A stretch of 64,000 nt of DNA from positions 14,974 through 78,973 of the forward strand of contig CAWCTR010000016.1 of NCBI GenBank assembly GCA_963798485.1, written 5' to 3'. This stretch comes from an uncultured delta proteobacterium (lineage in GTDB: Bacteria > Desulfobacterota > Desulfomonilia > UBA1062). A program made the translations under genes and the position numbers. Under the pieces are notes generated by a model that did not search any database, was not told the origin of the DNA, and saw only the letters and a list, made by a program, of their open reading frames with translations. Positions 48,321-58,841 of this stretch are shown one piece after another (positions within the stretch are counted from its first letter, which is position 1; the number at the start of each line of letters is the position of its first letter).

Positions 48321-49011
48321 GCCTGCACCGAAAGGCCTGCTACCAGCGCTTATCTTCTGCCATGGAATACCAGGCTCGAAACCAGACCCTTTCGACAGGG
48401 GCTATACTCCGCTGTTTGAGGAGCTCACGAGCTATGGCTTTGCCTGTGCCACCTTCAATTTCTCAGGGTGCGGCCTGTCCGAAGGGAACATAGACATGTT
48501 AGAATGGCACCATGATCTGGATGCCGTGATCGATGTCGTATACGACTGCCCCGGTATATACCCCAAGTCCATTCACTGCATCGGCTTTTCTGCAGGCGGT
48601 GCCGTTGCAGCAAAGATCGTTTCCTATAATAAGCACGTGACAAGCCTGCTCCTCATGGCAAGCCCGTGTAACTTTGTGGACATCCTTCCAAAGGACCCGG
48701 CGCTGCTCAAGGCCCATTTTCTTTCCATCGGGATTATCAGAGATGATTCCTTTCCAACCGATCTCATGAAATGGTATAACGGTTTCCTCGAAGTAAAGCC
48801 CGCCCACTGGCTGCCGTTCATATTTCCCCGGCCAGTGGGAATCGTACACGGCGACTGCGATGAGACCGTCCCGGTGCGCCACGCAACAATGCTTTACCAT
48901 GCGGCATTCAAGCCCAAGAAACTGACTATACTGGAAGGCGCAACCCACCAGTTAAGGAAAGACCCCCGGATCAGTGAGGTCATCCGGGACTGGTTGAATG
49001 AGGTGCTTTAG
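48253..49011 (+). CDS. Alpha/beta hydrolase
   Basis: Start ATG 48253; CHG, G.G.SEG, GFSAGG nucleophile, HGDCD..VP, GATH. Confidence 0.9.
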   Translation: MRSRELVLTRQGRKIKAWLYFPEPAPKGLLPALIFCHGIPGSKPDPFDRGYTPLFEELTSYGFACATFNFSGCGLSEGNIDMLEWHHDLDAVIDVVYDCPGIYPKSIHCIGFSAGGAVAAKIVSYNKHVTSLLLMASPCNFVDILPKDPALLKAHFLSIGIIRDDSFPTDLMKWYNGFLEVKPAHWLPFIFPRPVGIVHGDCDETVPVRHATMLYHAAFKPKKLTILEGATHQLRKDPRISEVIRDWLNEVL

Positions 49012-49017
49012 ACCCCG

Positions 49018-49680
49018 ATGGATAATCAGGAAAACATGTATTTCCCGATCTTCGTTGACCTGCGGGACAAGCTCGCAGTGGTGGTGGGAGGCGGCATGGT
49101 GGCTGCCCGGAAGGTGGAATCTTTGGTGAAGGCAGGCGCCAGGGTCAAGGTTATAGCGCCCGCCGTAGTGGCCGAGATTGCAGAAACCGTGGATGTTACC
49201 ATAGATCTCAGGGAATACGAGGAAGACGATCTGGAGGGTGCCTTCCTGGTAATCGCAGCCACGGACAACGAGAAGATAAACCGTGCCGTGAGCGAAGAGG
49301 CGTTCCAGCGCCGTATTTTCTGCAATGTAGTGGACAGGCCCGAACTCTGTTCGTTTATTGTGCCCTCTATAGTGGACCGCGGCCCCATAAGGATCGCCAT
49401 CTCCACGGGCGGCTTTTCCCCTGCCCTGTCCAGAAGACTGCGCATGCTCATCGGGAAGAATATCGGAGACGAATACGTGAGCCTTGCCGCCATCTTAGGT
49501 ATTATCCGTCCCCTTGTCCGTTCTCAGAGCGGCACATCCGACGATCACAAGAGGATCTTCGAGCTGCTCATCGATTCGGAGCTTATCGATGCCATCCGCT
49601 CGGGCGACCGCAGGCTTGCCGAGGATATCCTCTTCCAGGCCTTCGGGCAGCACATCGACCTCAAGGGGATCATACCATGA
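49018..49680 (+). CDS. sirC: Precorrin-2 dehydrogenase/sirohydrochlorin ferrochelatase (SirC/Met8/CysG-N)
   Basis: FPIFVDL, VVGGGMVAARK, AATD, NVVDRP..CSF, ISTGG.SP. Confidence 0.9.
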   Translation: MDNQENMYFPIFVDLRDKLAVVVGGGMVAARKVESLVKAGARVKVIAPAVVAEIAETVDVTIDLREYEEDDLEGAFLVIAATDNEKINRAVSEEAFQRRIFCNVVDRPELCSFIVPSIVDRGPIRIAISTGGFSPALSRRLRMLIGKNIGDEYVSLAAILGIIRPLVRSQSGTSDDHKRIFELLIDSELIDAIRSGDRRLAEDILFQAFGQHIDLKGIIP

Positions 49681-50489
49681 CCATCACCATAGTCCTTGCC
49701 CTGTACATCATAACCAGCCTGGGGTTCATAACCTATCTCTTTTTCAGAAAAGACAGCATCCTTTTTCCCTTAAGGTTATTGTATGCAGTGTGTATCGGCG
49801 CCCATGCGCTCTTTGTCATCACCCTCTGGCACGCATCAGGACAGCTCCCTGTCGCCACGCCGGTGGAGGCGGTCAACGCACTCATCCTCTTTTCTTCCAT
49901 AGCCTTCATGCCTTTCGTCATGAAAAGGGGCACCTCCATACTTGCTGCATTCTTTCTGCCCGTTGCTGCGTGCGGGCTCGCCTTCATTGCTTCACCCCTG
50001 CAAAACACACCAGGGGTATTAACCGCATCATACCAATACTGGTATCCCCTTCACACCTTGAGCGTGATCATGGGTGAGGCCTTCTTTGTGGTGGCTGCAA
50101 TCGTCTCGGTGGTATACCTCCTTCACGAGAGGAATATCAGAACCGGTTCCATCCACTCGTCCGTTTCCGCCCTGCCCCCGCTGACCATGCTGGATTCCAT
50201 CCTCTACATCTCGCTCTCTCTCGGTTTCGCTGCCATCACCATAGGCATGATCTTAGGCGGCCTCTGGGCATCCGCAAGGGGGCTTCGGTTCAGCCACATC
50301 GCGCCGAAGGTCCTTGCAGGGGGCCTGACGTGGCTTGTCTTTGCCCTGAGTCTGCACCAGAGGCTGGCCATCGGGTGGAAAGGGAGGCGCACCGCCATCA
50401 TCACCCTCATCGGCTTTGTCCTCATGGTTTTGCTCTTCATCGTGATCAATATCGTCTTCCCCTATTCCCATGGGATAAGGCTTATCTGA
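49677..50489 (+). CDS. Cytochrome c assembly protein (CcsA/HemX-like)
   Basis: About 8 TM helices, conserved His, LP.L..LD, G.LWA, GWKGRR; located between sirC and hemA. Confidence 0.8.
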   Translation: MTITIVLALYIITSLGFITYLFFRKDSILFPLRLLYAVCIGAHALFVITLWHASGQLPVATPVEAVNALILFSSIAFMPFVMKRGTSILAAFFLPVAACGLAFIASPLQNTPGVLTASYQYWYPLHTLSVIMGEAFFVVAAIVSVVYLLHERNIRTGSIHSSVSALPPLTMLDSILYISLSLGFAAITIGMILGGLWASARGLRFSHIAPKVLAGGLTWLVFALSLHQRLAIGWKGRRTAIITLIGFVLMVLLFIVINIVFPYSHGIRLI

Positions 50490-51724
50490 TGGAAAGGATC
50501 TGTTGCATCAGCATCAACCACAAAAACGCCCCTGTAGACATCAGGGAGCGCATCAGGGTTGAACCTGCGGATCTCCAGGCAATATTCACTCAAGATTCAG
50601 AGGCGTGCCCCTTAAATACCTGCAACCGGACCGAGATCTACTTTACCGCCATGGATAAGGGGGCAATATTCGAGCTTCTTGAACGCCTCTCCGGGGTCGA
50701 TAGGCACTCAATCGAGCAGGTATCCGAATATCTTACCGGCCCCGAGGCGGTGCGTCACCTCTTCATGGTCGCTTCAGGCCTGGACTCGCTGGTCTTAGGC
50801 GAGCCCCAGATCTTAGGCCAGTTGAAGGATGCCTATCGCCAGGCCCTTTCCATAAACACCACCGATACCATCATGAACAAGGCGCTCCACCGGGCATTCA
50901 GGACTGCCAAGCGCATCCGCACCGAGACCAGCATAGGCACTTACCCCGTATCTGTGGCATCCGAGGCCGTTGAGCTGGCAGGGCACATCTTCGGAGATAT
51001 CACCGACAGCACCGTCCTTATCGTGGGCGCAGGGGACATGGCGGGCATTGCCGCCAAACGCCTGAAAGGCAGGGGCGTAAGGCACATTCACATCATCAAC
51101 CGAACCTTGGGCGCAGCCTGTGATCTTGCAGGCGAGCTGGGCGGTAGTGCACTGCCCTTCGAGCGCCTATCGGATGAGCTTGCAGCCAGCGACATCGTCA
51201 TCACCTCCACCGGCTCGGCGCGCCCCATCATCACCAGGGACATGGTGGCATCGGCCATGAAGGTAAGGAAGAACCGGCCAATTATCATTATCGACATCGC
51301 AGTACCCAGGGATGTGGAGGAGGCCGCAGGCAAGTGCTACAACTGCTATCTCTATGACATCGATGGCTTGAAGGCAATTGTTGATAAGCACTTTGCCCAC
51401 CGTGAGACAGAGGCGAAAAGGGCGCTCGGGATTATCGACCAGGAGGTCGACAAGTTCGAAAAATGGCTGGATTCTCTCTCCGCCCAGTCCACCATCAAAG
51501 ACCTGTTCAGCCTCATGGAATCACATATCGCAGACCAGCTTAACGGGCTGTCCATCCCTGAAGGAGAAAAATCCGTTGTGGATAACACATTGCGGGCATC
51601 CTATAAAAGACTGCTCCACCGGCCCGTGAGCTTCCTGAAGGAACATCCACAGATCAAATATATCGAGAACGTACGGAGGATATTCCAGCTTGATGAGGAC
51701 TTTTCGGATCGGCACAAGGGGTAG
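50489..51724 (+). CDS. hemA: Glutamyl-tRNA reductase
   Basis: Start ATG 50489; TCNRTEIY, GLDSLVLGEPQILGQ, GAGDM, DIAVPRD. Confidence 0.95.
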   Translation: MERICCISINHKNAPVDIRERIRVEPADLQAIFTQDSEACPLNTCNRTEIYFTAMDKGAIFELLERLSGVDRHSIEQVSEYLTGPEAVRHLFMVASGLDSLVLGEPQILGQLKDAYRQALSINTTDTIMNKALHRAFRTAKRIRTETSIGTYPVSVASEAVELAGHIFGDITDSTVLIVGAGDMAGIAAKRLKGRGVRHIHIINRTLGAACDLAGELGGSALPFERLSDELAASDIVITSTGSARPIITRDMVASAMKVRKNRPIIIIDIAVPRDVEEAAGKCYNCYLYDIDGLKAIVDKHFAHRETEAKRALGIIDQEVDKFEKWLDSLSAQSTIKDLFSLMESHIADQLNGLSIPEGEKSVVDNTLRASYKRLLHRPVSFLKEHPQIKYIENVRRIFQLDEDFSDRHKG

Positions 51725-52577
51725 CGCCTTGGCGCTGGCCCAGACTGAGATGGTGAGATCCGCCCTGGCCAGGGCAGTTCCCGGGCTCGTTACCGAGGTC
51801 GTCACCATCAAGACCGCCGGGGATATCCTGGCCGACGCCCCGCTGGATGCCATCGGCGGCAAGGGTGTTTTTGTCAAGGACATCGAGCGCCGGCTCATCG
51901 AGGGCCATATCGACATGGCGGTCCACAGCCTGAAGGACATGCAGGCCATGTTGCCCCATGGGCTTATCATAGGCGCATGCCTAACCCGCCAAGACCCACG
52001 GGACATGCTCTTCTCCAAGGGAAACTATGACCTGGATACCCTGCCTTTTGGATCGAGCATCGGCACATCCAGCATGCGCAGGAGGTGCCAGATCAAGATC
52101 GTCCGGCCTGATCTTAAGGTCATGGAGATCAGGGGGAACGTGCCGAGCCGGCTGAAAAAGGCGGGAGAGAACTTCGATGCGGTCATCCTGGCCGCAGCCG
52201 GCGTTATCAGGCTCGGATTACCGCTGGGCATTGCCATAGATCCACAAAAGATGATACCTTCACCCGGCCAGGGCATCATTGCCGTGGAGTGCAGAGGCAT
52301 GGATAATGAGCTGAAGGAGATGCTTGGCAAGCTCGATCATACCCCTACCAGGGTCTGCGCCGAGACCGAACGGGCCTTCCTGGCGAAGCTCGGCGGGGAC
52401 TGCAATCTGCCGGCAGGGGCACTGGCTGTGGTGAACGGCCAAGAGATCTCCATCACGGGCATGCTCGGCTCGCCGGACGAGACAACCATGGCCAGGTTGT
52501 CCATGAAGGGCAGGACGCCGGAGGTGGGACGCCTCCTGGCAATGGACCTCATGGAGCAGATACACGGGAACGGTTGA
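51693..52577 (+). CDS. hemC: Hydroxymethylbilane synthase
   Basis: IGTRGSALALAQ, GKGVF.K, AVHSLKD, GTSS.RR, RGNV, GGDC. Confidence 0.96.
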   Translation: MRTFRIGTRGSALALAQTEMVRSALARAVPGLVTEVVTIKTAGDILADAPLDAIGGKGVFVKDIERRLIEGHIDMAVHSLKDMQAMLPHGLIIGACLTRQDPRDMLFSKGNYDLDTLPFGSSIGTSSMRRRCQIKIVRPDLKVMEIRGNVPSRLKKAGENFDAVILAAAGVIRLGLPLGIAIDPQKMIPSPGQGIIAVECRGMDNELKEMLGKLDHTPTRVCAETERAFLAKLGGDCNLPAGALAVVNGQEISITGMLGSPDETTMARLSMKGRTPEVGRLLAMDLMEQIHGNG

Positions 52578-54061
52578 GAATGAAGGTATTTCTTATCGGT
52601 GCAGGCCCGGGCGACCCGGGACTCATCACCATCAAGGCACGGCGCATCCTTGAAGGATGCGATGCCGTGGTCTACGACGACCTTATCCCCGAAGAGGTCT
52701 TGGGCCTTGCGCCCAGGGAGGCCCGGAAGATCTACGTGGGCAAGCGCGCGGGCAAGGAATACATGAAGCAGCCCCGGATCAACGAGCTCCTCCTTGGGCT
52801 CGCGCAAGAAGGGCTGGACGTGGCCCGCCTCAAGGGCGGCGACCCGTGCATCTTCGGCCGGGGCGGCGAAGAGGCGTTATTCTTGAGGGAGCACGGTGTC
52901 CCTGTCGAGATTATCCCGGGCATCACCTCAGCCATTGCGGGCCCCATAAGCGCGGGCATCCCGCCCACCCACCGTGGGCTTGCAGCCTCGGTGACCTTTG
53001 TCACTGCCCACGAGGACCCAACCAAGGAATCGGGCTTTATGGACTGGGCTCATCTGGCCAAGGATCCGGGCACCATCGTATTCCTCATGGGTGCGGGAAG
53101 GATAGGTGCCATAGCGGGCAGACTCATGGAAGAAGGCATGCCCGCAGACACACCCTGCGCCGTGGTCCAGGATGCAACCACCCCCTCTCAACGACAGGTC
53201 GTCTCCATCCTGGAGTCCATAGGTCATGAGGCCTTGCTGCAGCATATTACCTCGCCCTGTATCATCGTGGTGGGCAAGGTGGTGAGCCTGAGCGGAAAAC
53301 TCTACTCCAAAAATGACCTGCCCCTGTCAGGCAGATCAGTGCTCATCACCAGGCCTGATCACCTTGCCTTGGAGACGGCCTCCCTCTTCGCATCCAAGGG
53401 TGCCAGGGCCGTAGTCTACCCCCTCATCGAGATCGCTGAGCTGCCGTTTGAAATCCCTGACCTGAAGACCTATGACATACTCATCTTCACCTCCCAGAAC
53501 GCGGTGAGCCTCTTCTTTGAAAAGCTGCTCTCACAAGGCAAAGATGCCAGGACATTCTCATCAACAGAGGTCTTGTGCATCGGACCCAAGACTCGCGATA
53601 CCCTTAAAGACTATGGGATCGTTGCCGATGGCATGGCGCGTGAATTCCGGGCCGAAGGTATTGTGGAGCTCCTGGGCAACAGGGATCTCGCGGGCAGGAG
53701 GGTGTGTCTGCCCCGGGCCAGAGGCGCCCGGCCTTACCTGGTGGAGGCCCTTCAGGCCAGGGGGGCGCTGGTGGATGAGATCATCATCTACGATACCATC
53801 CTTCCTCAAACCGCAGACCCGGCAACGTTCATGCAGGCCCTTACCGGCATTGACACCGCCATCTTCACGAGCCCGTCAGGTATCAGGCATGCCCTTGAGC
53901 TCCTGGGCGGCGAACCTGCACTTCTCGGCTCCAAAAGGCTCGTTGCCATCGGCCCGGTTACGGCCAAGGCCATGGAAGGCTATGGCCTCACCCCTGCCCT
54001 CATCGCATCCGAATACACGGATGAAGGAATCATCAAGGCCTTACTAGGAGAAACACCATGA
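52574..54061 (+). CDS. cobA: Fused uroporphyrinogen-III C-methyltransferase / uroporphyrinogen-III synthase (CobA-HemD)
   Basis: GAGPGDPGL, RLKGGDP..FGRGGEE; then ITRP, FTSQNAV, IGP.T, FTSPS. Confidence 0.95.
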   Translation: MRMKVFLIGAGPGDPGLITIKARRILEGCDAVVYDDLIPEEVLGLAPREARKIYVGKRAGKEYMKQPRINELLLGLAQEGLDVARLKGGDPCIFGRGGEEALFLREHGVPVEIIPGITSAIAGPISAGIPPTHRGLAASVTFVTAHEDPTKESGFMDWAHLAKDPGTIVFLMGAGRIGAIAGRLMEEGMPADTPCAVVQDATTPSQRQVVSILESIGHEALLQHITSPCIIVVGKVVSLSGKLYSKNDLPLSGRSVLITRPDHLALETASLFASKGARAVVYPLIEIAELPFEIPDLKTYDILIFTSQNAVSLFFEKLLSQGKDARTFSSTEVLCIGPKTRDTLKDYGIVADGMAREFRAEGIVELLGNRDLAGRRVCLPRARGARPYLVEALQARGALVDEIIIYDTILPQTADPATFMQALTGIDTAIFTSPSGIRHALELLGGEPALLGSKRLVAIGPVTAKAMEGYGLTPALIASEYTDEGIIKALLGETP

Positions 54062-55230
54062 TCGGCATTTCGAAGCTCTACTGCGGCACCGTCGAGGCAT
54101 CGGACCCCCTGCGCTACGGCCGCTCGTCCAAGGAACTGCCCTCGCACCTGCTCCAGTTCTCTATTGACAAGAAGCCCGTGGTGGTCTGGAACATAACGAG
54201 CGCCTGCAACTTGAGGTGCGTGCACTGCTATGCCTCTGCAGGAAAGGCTGAACAAGAGCTTACAACCAAGCAGGGACTCGAGCTTATAGCAACGTTAAAA
54301 GATTACGGCGCCCCTGTCATCCTCTTCTCGGGCGGTGAACCCACTATACGGAACGACCTCCCGAAGCTCATCGAGGCAGCGGTAAAGTCCGGCATGCGCG
54401 CCGTCATCTCCACCAACGGAACGCTCATATCGCAAGACATGGCCATGCGGTTTGCAGACCTGGGCCTTTCCTACATCGGGGTGAGCCTGGATGGCCTGGA
54501 AGAGGTCAACGACACCTTCCGGGGGATTAAGGGCGCCTTCAAGGGGGCCATGCAAGGCATCTACCATGCCATGCACCAAAACATCAAGGTGGGGCTCCGC
54601 TTCACCATGAACCGGCGCAACGCGGATCAGATACCCGGCATCTTCGACCTTATGAGAGGCGAGGGCATCCCCAGGATCTGTTTCTACCACCTGGTCTATA
54701 CCGGCAGGGCCAAGGAGCTTATGGCAGAGGACCTCACGCACGAACAGACCAGGCAGACCCTTGACCTCATCATGGACCGTACCAAGGAGATGATCGATGC
54801 GGGCCTGAATGTAGAGGCGCTCACGGTGGACAACCATGCTGACGGGCCGTACGTATACCTGCGCATGATGAAAGAGGGCAACCCGCGCGCGCCAGAGGTT
54901 CTGGACCTGCTGAAGATGAATGCGGGCAACTCTAGCGGCCTGGGCATCGGCTGCATCAACTGGGATGGCGAGGTGTACCCTGACCAGTTCTGGCGCACCA
55001 AGGTGCTGGGCAATGTCCTGAAAAATCCCTTCCCCGACATCTGGGACAATACGGCAAACGAGTTCCTCATGCAGATGAAAATCAAAAAGGCATTCGTAAA
55101 GGGAAGGTGCCGGCAATGCAGGTGGCTCGACGTATGCGCGGGCAACTTCAGGGCGCGGGCCGAGGCCGCAACCGGCGACACCTGGGGCGAAGACCCTGCG
55201 TGCTACCTGAGCGTGGAAGAGATATCCTGA
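54058..55230 (+). CDS. ahbC: 12,18-didecarboxysiroheme deacetylase (radical SAM, alternative heme pathway)
   Basis: MIGISKLYCG, KKPVVVWN, CNLRCVHC, RICFYHLVY, DNHADG, SPASM cysteines, DPACYL. Confidence 0.92.
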   Translation: MIGISKLYCGTVEASDPLRYGRSSKELPSHLLQFSIDKKPVVVWNITSACNLRCVHCYASAGKAEQELTTKQGLELIATLKDYGAPVILFSGGEPTIRNDLPKLIEAAVKSGMRAVISTNGTLISQDMAMRFADLGLSYIGVSLDGLEEVNDTFRGIKGAFKGAMQGIYHAMHQNIKVGLRFTMNRRNADQIPGIFDLMRGEGIPRICFYHLVYTGRAKELMAEDLTHEQTRQTLDLIMDRTKEMIDAGLNVEALTVDNHADGPYVYLRMMKEGNPRAPEVLDLLKMNAGNSSGLGIGCINWDGEVYPDQFWRTKVLGNVLKNPFPDIWDNTANEFLMQMKIKKAFVKGRCRQCRWLDVCAGNFRARAEAATGDTWGEDPACYLSVEEIS

Positions 55231-55260
55231 TATTTTTACTCGAGGCAGCCCCGGCTATTG

Positions 55261-56910
55261 TTAATCATCCACCTGTGATGTCTTGAACTTCTGGACGTCC
55301 CCGGCAAGAACTGTCGCCATGGTGCGCAGGTTATCCATGGTGTTGGCCAGTTCTTCCACCGTCGAGGCGTTGTGCTGCGTGGAACCGTCTATCTGCGATA
55401 TGGCACGGCTCAGCTCGCCGATATTCTGGGTCTGTTCCGTGCTCGATGTGCTGATCACCTCCATCATCCTGAAGAAGAATTCCATGCGGCTCATGAGCTC
55501 TTCCAATGAGGACGACGTCTTGGCCATCATCTCATCACCGTTCTTGATCCGGCTAACAGTGCCTTCGATCAGGGCCTTGATCTCGCTCGCCGCACCGGCT
55601 GAGCGCTGAGCAAGAGACCTAACTTCCCCCGCCACCACAGCAAACCCCTTCCCGTGCTCTCCCGCCCTGGCCGCCTCCACCGAGGCATTCAAGGCCAGAA
55701 GGTTCGTATGGAAGGCCACCTCGTTCACCGTCAGCACAATGTCCCCGATCTTCTTGGAGTCCATGGAGATCCCCTGGATCGCCTTCATCAGATCTGCAAA
55801 CACCTGCTTGCTGTGGTCTATGAGCTTGGTTATGGCATTCGATGTGTCCTGCCCCTCGCGTATCAGGTCTGCATTGTGCAGCACTGTCCCGTTCATCTCT
55901 TCGATGGACGCCGAGATCTCCTCCACCGAGGCCGCCTGCTCCTGGGTCGCCTGCGACAGGTCCTGAGAGCCGGCGCTTACATTCTCTATGGCTTCATGGA
56001 GCTGCAGCGATGTCTCCCTCACGTGTCCCACGATCTGCTCGATGTCATCCATGAATTCATTGAACCAGAAGGCAAGCCTGCCCACCTCGTTTAAGCCCGT
56101 CACATGGAGCCGCTTGGTGAGGTCGCCCTGTCCTTGGGCCATGTCTTCGAACATGACGGACATCTTCCCCACGGACAATGACAGGCTCTTCATAAGCAGA
56201 AACCCGTTTATAAATGTCATGAGGGCGGTCTGCACGAGTACGAGAAGAAATCCATACTCCATCGACGCCAGATTAAGTCCGGATGCAATAGACAGGTAGA
56301 TAGTGCCGAGGATGAGCCCTATGGGCGGGATGGCTATCAGAAGGATCGTAGTAAGGAGCTTCTGATTGAGATTCATACGGAACAATTTAATATTGCTGTC
56401 CATGATCCCCTTCATGTTGCATTTCATATAGAACGGCACAAGGCTGTTCTCGGATGCAAGGTAGAAGAACGGTATGACCAACAGCCCCGACATGATAAGG
56501 GTGTTTATTCCGAAAATAAATTCATTCGGTTTTACATAACCCTTGAGGAACATCATCAGTACACAAATAAGGTTTCCAAAAAGGGCAAACCTCAAGAATG
56601 CAGTAATGGCCTCAGCCAAGGGAAGAATGGATACCGAGCGCATGGCCCGTTGAACCTCTTCGGGTTTGAATGAGTCCTTCTCCATGATTTCAATGGCAGG
56701 GCGAACCAGCACGTACTTGACAAGGACCCCCAGAACAAGGCCGAAATTTGCCGCATTCAAGCCACATAGCGCTGCAGTCATGAAGTGATTCTTCACACCT
56801 TCTGAGATATTCAGGAAAAATACCAGCAGCAATGGTACGACAACTATTGCGGTGATTGACTCCTGAAACAACAACGGTCTTAGGAACAATTGTTTTGTAT
56901 TTTCTTTCAT
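55261..56910 (-). CDS. Methyl-accepting chemotaxis protein (multi-TM sensor, HAMP)
   Basis: About 6 TM, GDLTKRL HAMP, TNLLALNASVEAARAGEHGKGFAVVA. Confidence 0.95.
   Translation of the reverse strand: MKENTKQLFLRPLLFQESITAIVVVPLLLVFFLNISEGVKNHFMTAALCGLNAANFGLVLGVLVKYVLVRPAIEIMEKDSFKPEEVQRAMRSVSILPLAEAITAFLRFALFGNLICVLMMFLKGYVKPNEFIFGINTLIMSGLLVIPFFYLASENSLVPFYMKCNMKGIMDSNIKLFRMNLNQKLLTTILLIAIPPIGLILGTIYLSIASGLNLASMEYGFLLVLVQTALMTFINGFLLMKSLSLSVGKMSVMFEDMAQGQGDLTKRLHVTGLNEVGRLAFWFNEFMDDIEQIVGHVRETSLQLHEAIENVSAGSQDLSQATQEQAASVEEISASIEEMNGTVLHNADLIREGQDTSNAITKLIDHSKQVFADLMKAIQGISMDSKKIGDIVLTVNEVAFHTNLLALNASVEAARAGEHGKGFAVVAGEVRSLAQRSAGAASEIKALIEGTVSRIKNGDEMMAKTSSSLEELMSRMEFFFRMMEVISTSSTEQTQNIGELSRAISQIDGSTQHNASTVEELANTMDNLRTMATVLAGDVQKFKTSQVDD
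55457..55805. repeat. Near-identical direct repeat, copy 1 (copy 2 at 57320-57668)
   Basis: About 349 nt with 5 mismatches by manual comparison; first 152 nt identical. Confidence 0.85.
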
Positions 56911-56980
56911 GCCCCTCCCCTCTTATCTTATCTCGCATCCATAGTAGTACCGGGATATGAAATGTAAGGCATCTTTTAGT

Positions 56981-57008
56981 ATATCGGATTTCGAGGCATG
57001 AAAATTTA
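56981..57008 (-). promoter_or_regulatory. Putative sigma28 (FliA) promoter of MCP 1
   Basis: TAAA-N16-TCCGATAT. Confidence 0.6.
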
Positions 57009-57123
57009 ATGATATAAATACGAACTAGTTATGCAAGAAGAGGGAACAAGGTAGCCCGGAACACCTAACTTGCCTTTGCACTATCTGTAATGGATATTAT
57101 CAGTGCGAAAAGAGTTGATGGCT

Positions 57124-58773
57124 TCAACCCTCCCGCTGCGATGTCTTGAATTTCTGCACATCCTCTGCAAGCACTGTCGCGATAGAGCGCAGGTTGTCCA
57201 GGGTATTGGCCAGTTCTTCCACCGTGGAGGCATTATTCTGGGTGGAGCCGTCTATCTGTGTAATGGCCCTGCTCAGTTCGCCGATATTCTGGGTCTGCTC
57301 CGAGCTCGACGTGCCGATTACCTCCATCATCCTGAAGAAGAATTCCATGCGGCTCATGAGCTCTTCCAATGAGGACGACGTCTTGGCCATCATCTCATCA
57401 CCGTTCTTGATCCGGCTAACAGTGCCTTCGATCAGGGCCTTGATCTCGCTCGCCGCACCGGCTGAGCGCTGGGCAAGAGACCTGACTTCCCCCGCCACCA
57501 CCGCAAACCCCTTCCCGTGCTCTCCCGCCCTGGCCGCCTCCACCGAGGCATTCAGGGCCAGAAGGTTCGTATGGAAGGCCACCTCGTTCACCGTCAGCAC
57601 AATGTCCCCGATCTTCTTGGAGTCCATGGAGATCCCCTGGATCGCCTTCATTAGATCTGCAAACACCTCTTTGCTGTGATCTATGAGCTTGGTTATTACC
57701 TCTGAAGAATCCCTCCCTTCGCTGATCAGGGTTGCATTGTTCTGTATAGTGGCATTCATCTCCTCAATTGAGGAGGATATCTCCTGAACATTCGCCGCCT
57801 GGTCCTGTGTTGCTTGAGACAGTCCCCGGGAGCCTGAACTAACCTCTTCGATGGCCTGGTGAAGCTCAAGGGAGGTATCCCTTACATGCCCGACAACCTG
57901 CTCGATATCTTCCATGAATTCATTGAACCAGAAGGAGAGCTCGCCCACCTCGTTGAGCCCTGTCACTTCGAGCCGCTTGGTGAGGTCGCCCTGGCCCTTT
58001 GCCATGTCCCGGAACATGATCGACATCCTGCCTACTGAGAGCGAAAGGTTCTTCATAAGCAGAAGACCGCAGACGAATGCCAGCACTATGGTCTCAAAAA
58101 GGATGACATAGAATCCCATCTGGAGCGATGCCATATTGAGTCCCGTAGCCATGGTCAAATAGAGAAGACCGAGGATAAGGCCCAAGGGGGGAGTGGCTAT
58201 GAGAAGGATAGTAATGAGGGTCTTCTGACTGAGGCTCATGCGGAAAGGCTTCGCATCGCTGTCTATGATCCCCTTCAGGTTGAACCTCTGATAGAAAGGT
58301 GCAAGGCTGTTTTCTGAGGTAAGATAGATGATCGGGATTGCCAAGAGACCGATCATGACAACCGAATTCAGCCCGAATAAAAACTCCGGCATTACTATGT
58401 ACCCTTTAAGATAAATCGGTAGTGTGGCAATGATATTGCCAAAGAGGGCGAATCTCAAAAATATGACAATTGACTCAATGAGGGGAAGCACTGATATCGA
58501 ACGTACGGCGCGCTGAAGCTCATCCGGGGTAAATGAGCCTTTCTCCATAACATCGATGGCCGGCCGGACAAGGAAATATTTCGTCATGGTACCTAATATA
58601 AGACCGAAGTTTGCAGCAGCCGATGCACCCATGAGCACGGAAGTGAAATTCTTAATGACTGCCTCAGAGATGTACCTGAAGAAAAACAGCAGGATAGGCA
58701 CAAGAATAACAATAGTGACCGTCTCCTGAAACAGGAGCGGATGAAGAAACAGGACCTTTGTGCTTTCTTTCAT
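57124..58773 (-). CDS. Methyl-accepting chemotaxis protein, tandem paralog
   Basis: Same length (549 aa) and architecture as 55261-56910. Confidence 0.95.
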   Translation of the reverse strand: MKESTKVLFLHPLLFQETVTIVILVPILLFFFRYISEAVIKNFTSVLMGASAAANFGLILGTMTKYFLVRPAIDVMEKGSFTPDELQRAVRSISVLPLIESIVIFLRFALFGNIIATLPIYLKGYIVMPEFLFGLNSVVMIGLLAIPIIYLTSENSLAPFYQRFNLKGIIDSDAKPFRMSLSQKTLITILLIATPPLGLILGLLYLTMATGLNMASLQMGFYVILFETIVLAFVCGLLLMKNLSLSVGRMSIMFRDMAKGQGDLTKRLEVTGLNEVGELSFWFNEFMEDIEQVVGHVRDTSLELHQAIEEVSSGSRGLSQATQDQAANVQEISSSIEEMNATIQNNATLISEGRDSSEVITKLIDHSKEVFADLMKAIQGISMDSKKIGDIVLTVNEVAFHTNLLALNASVEAARAGEHGKGFAVVAGEVRSLAQRSAGAASEIKALIEGTVSRIKNGDEMMAKTSSSLEELMSRMEFFFRMMEVIGTSSSEQTQNIGELSRAITQIDGSTQNNASTVEELANTLDNLRSIATVLAEDVQKFKTSQREG

Positions 58774-58841
58774 GAATTCCCCCTATCCGTTTCCCATATA
58801 GATATTCCCCCGGGTTGTGATTGTTATGATCTTGTGATTTT

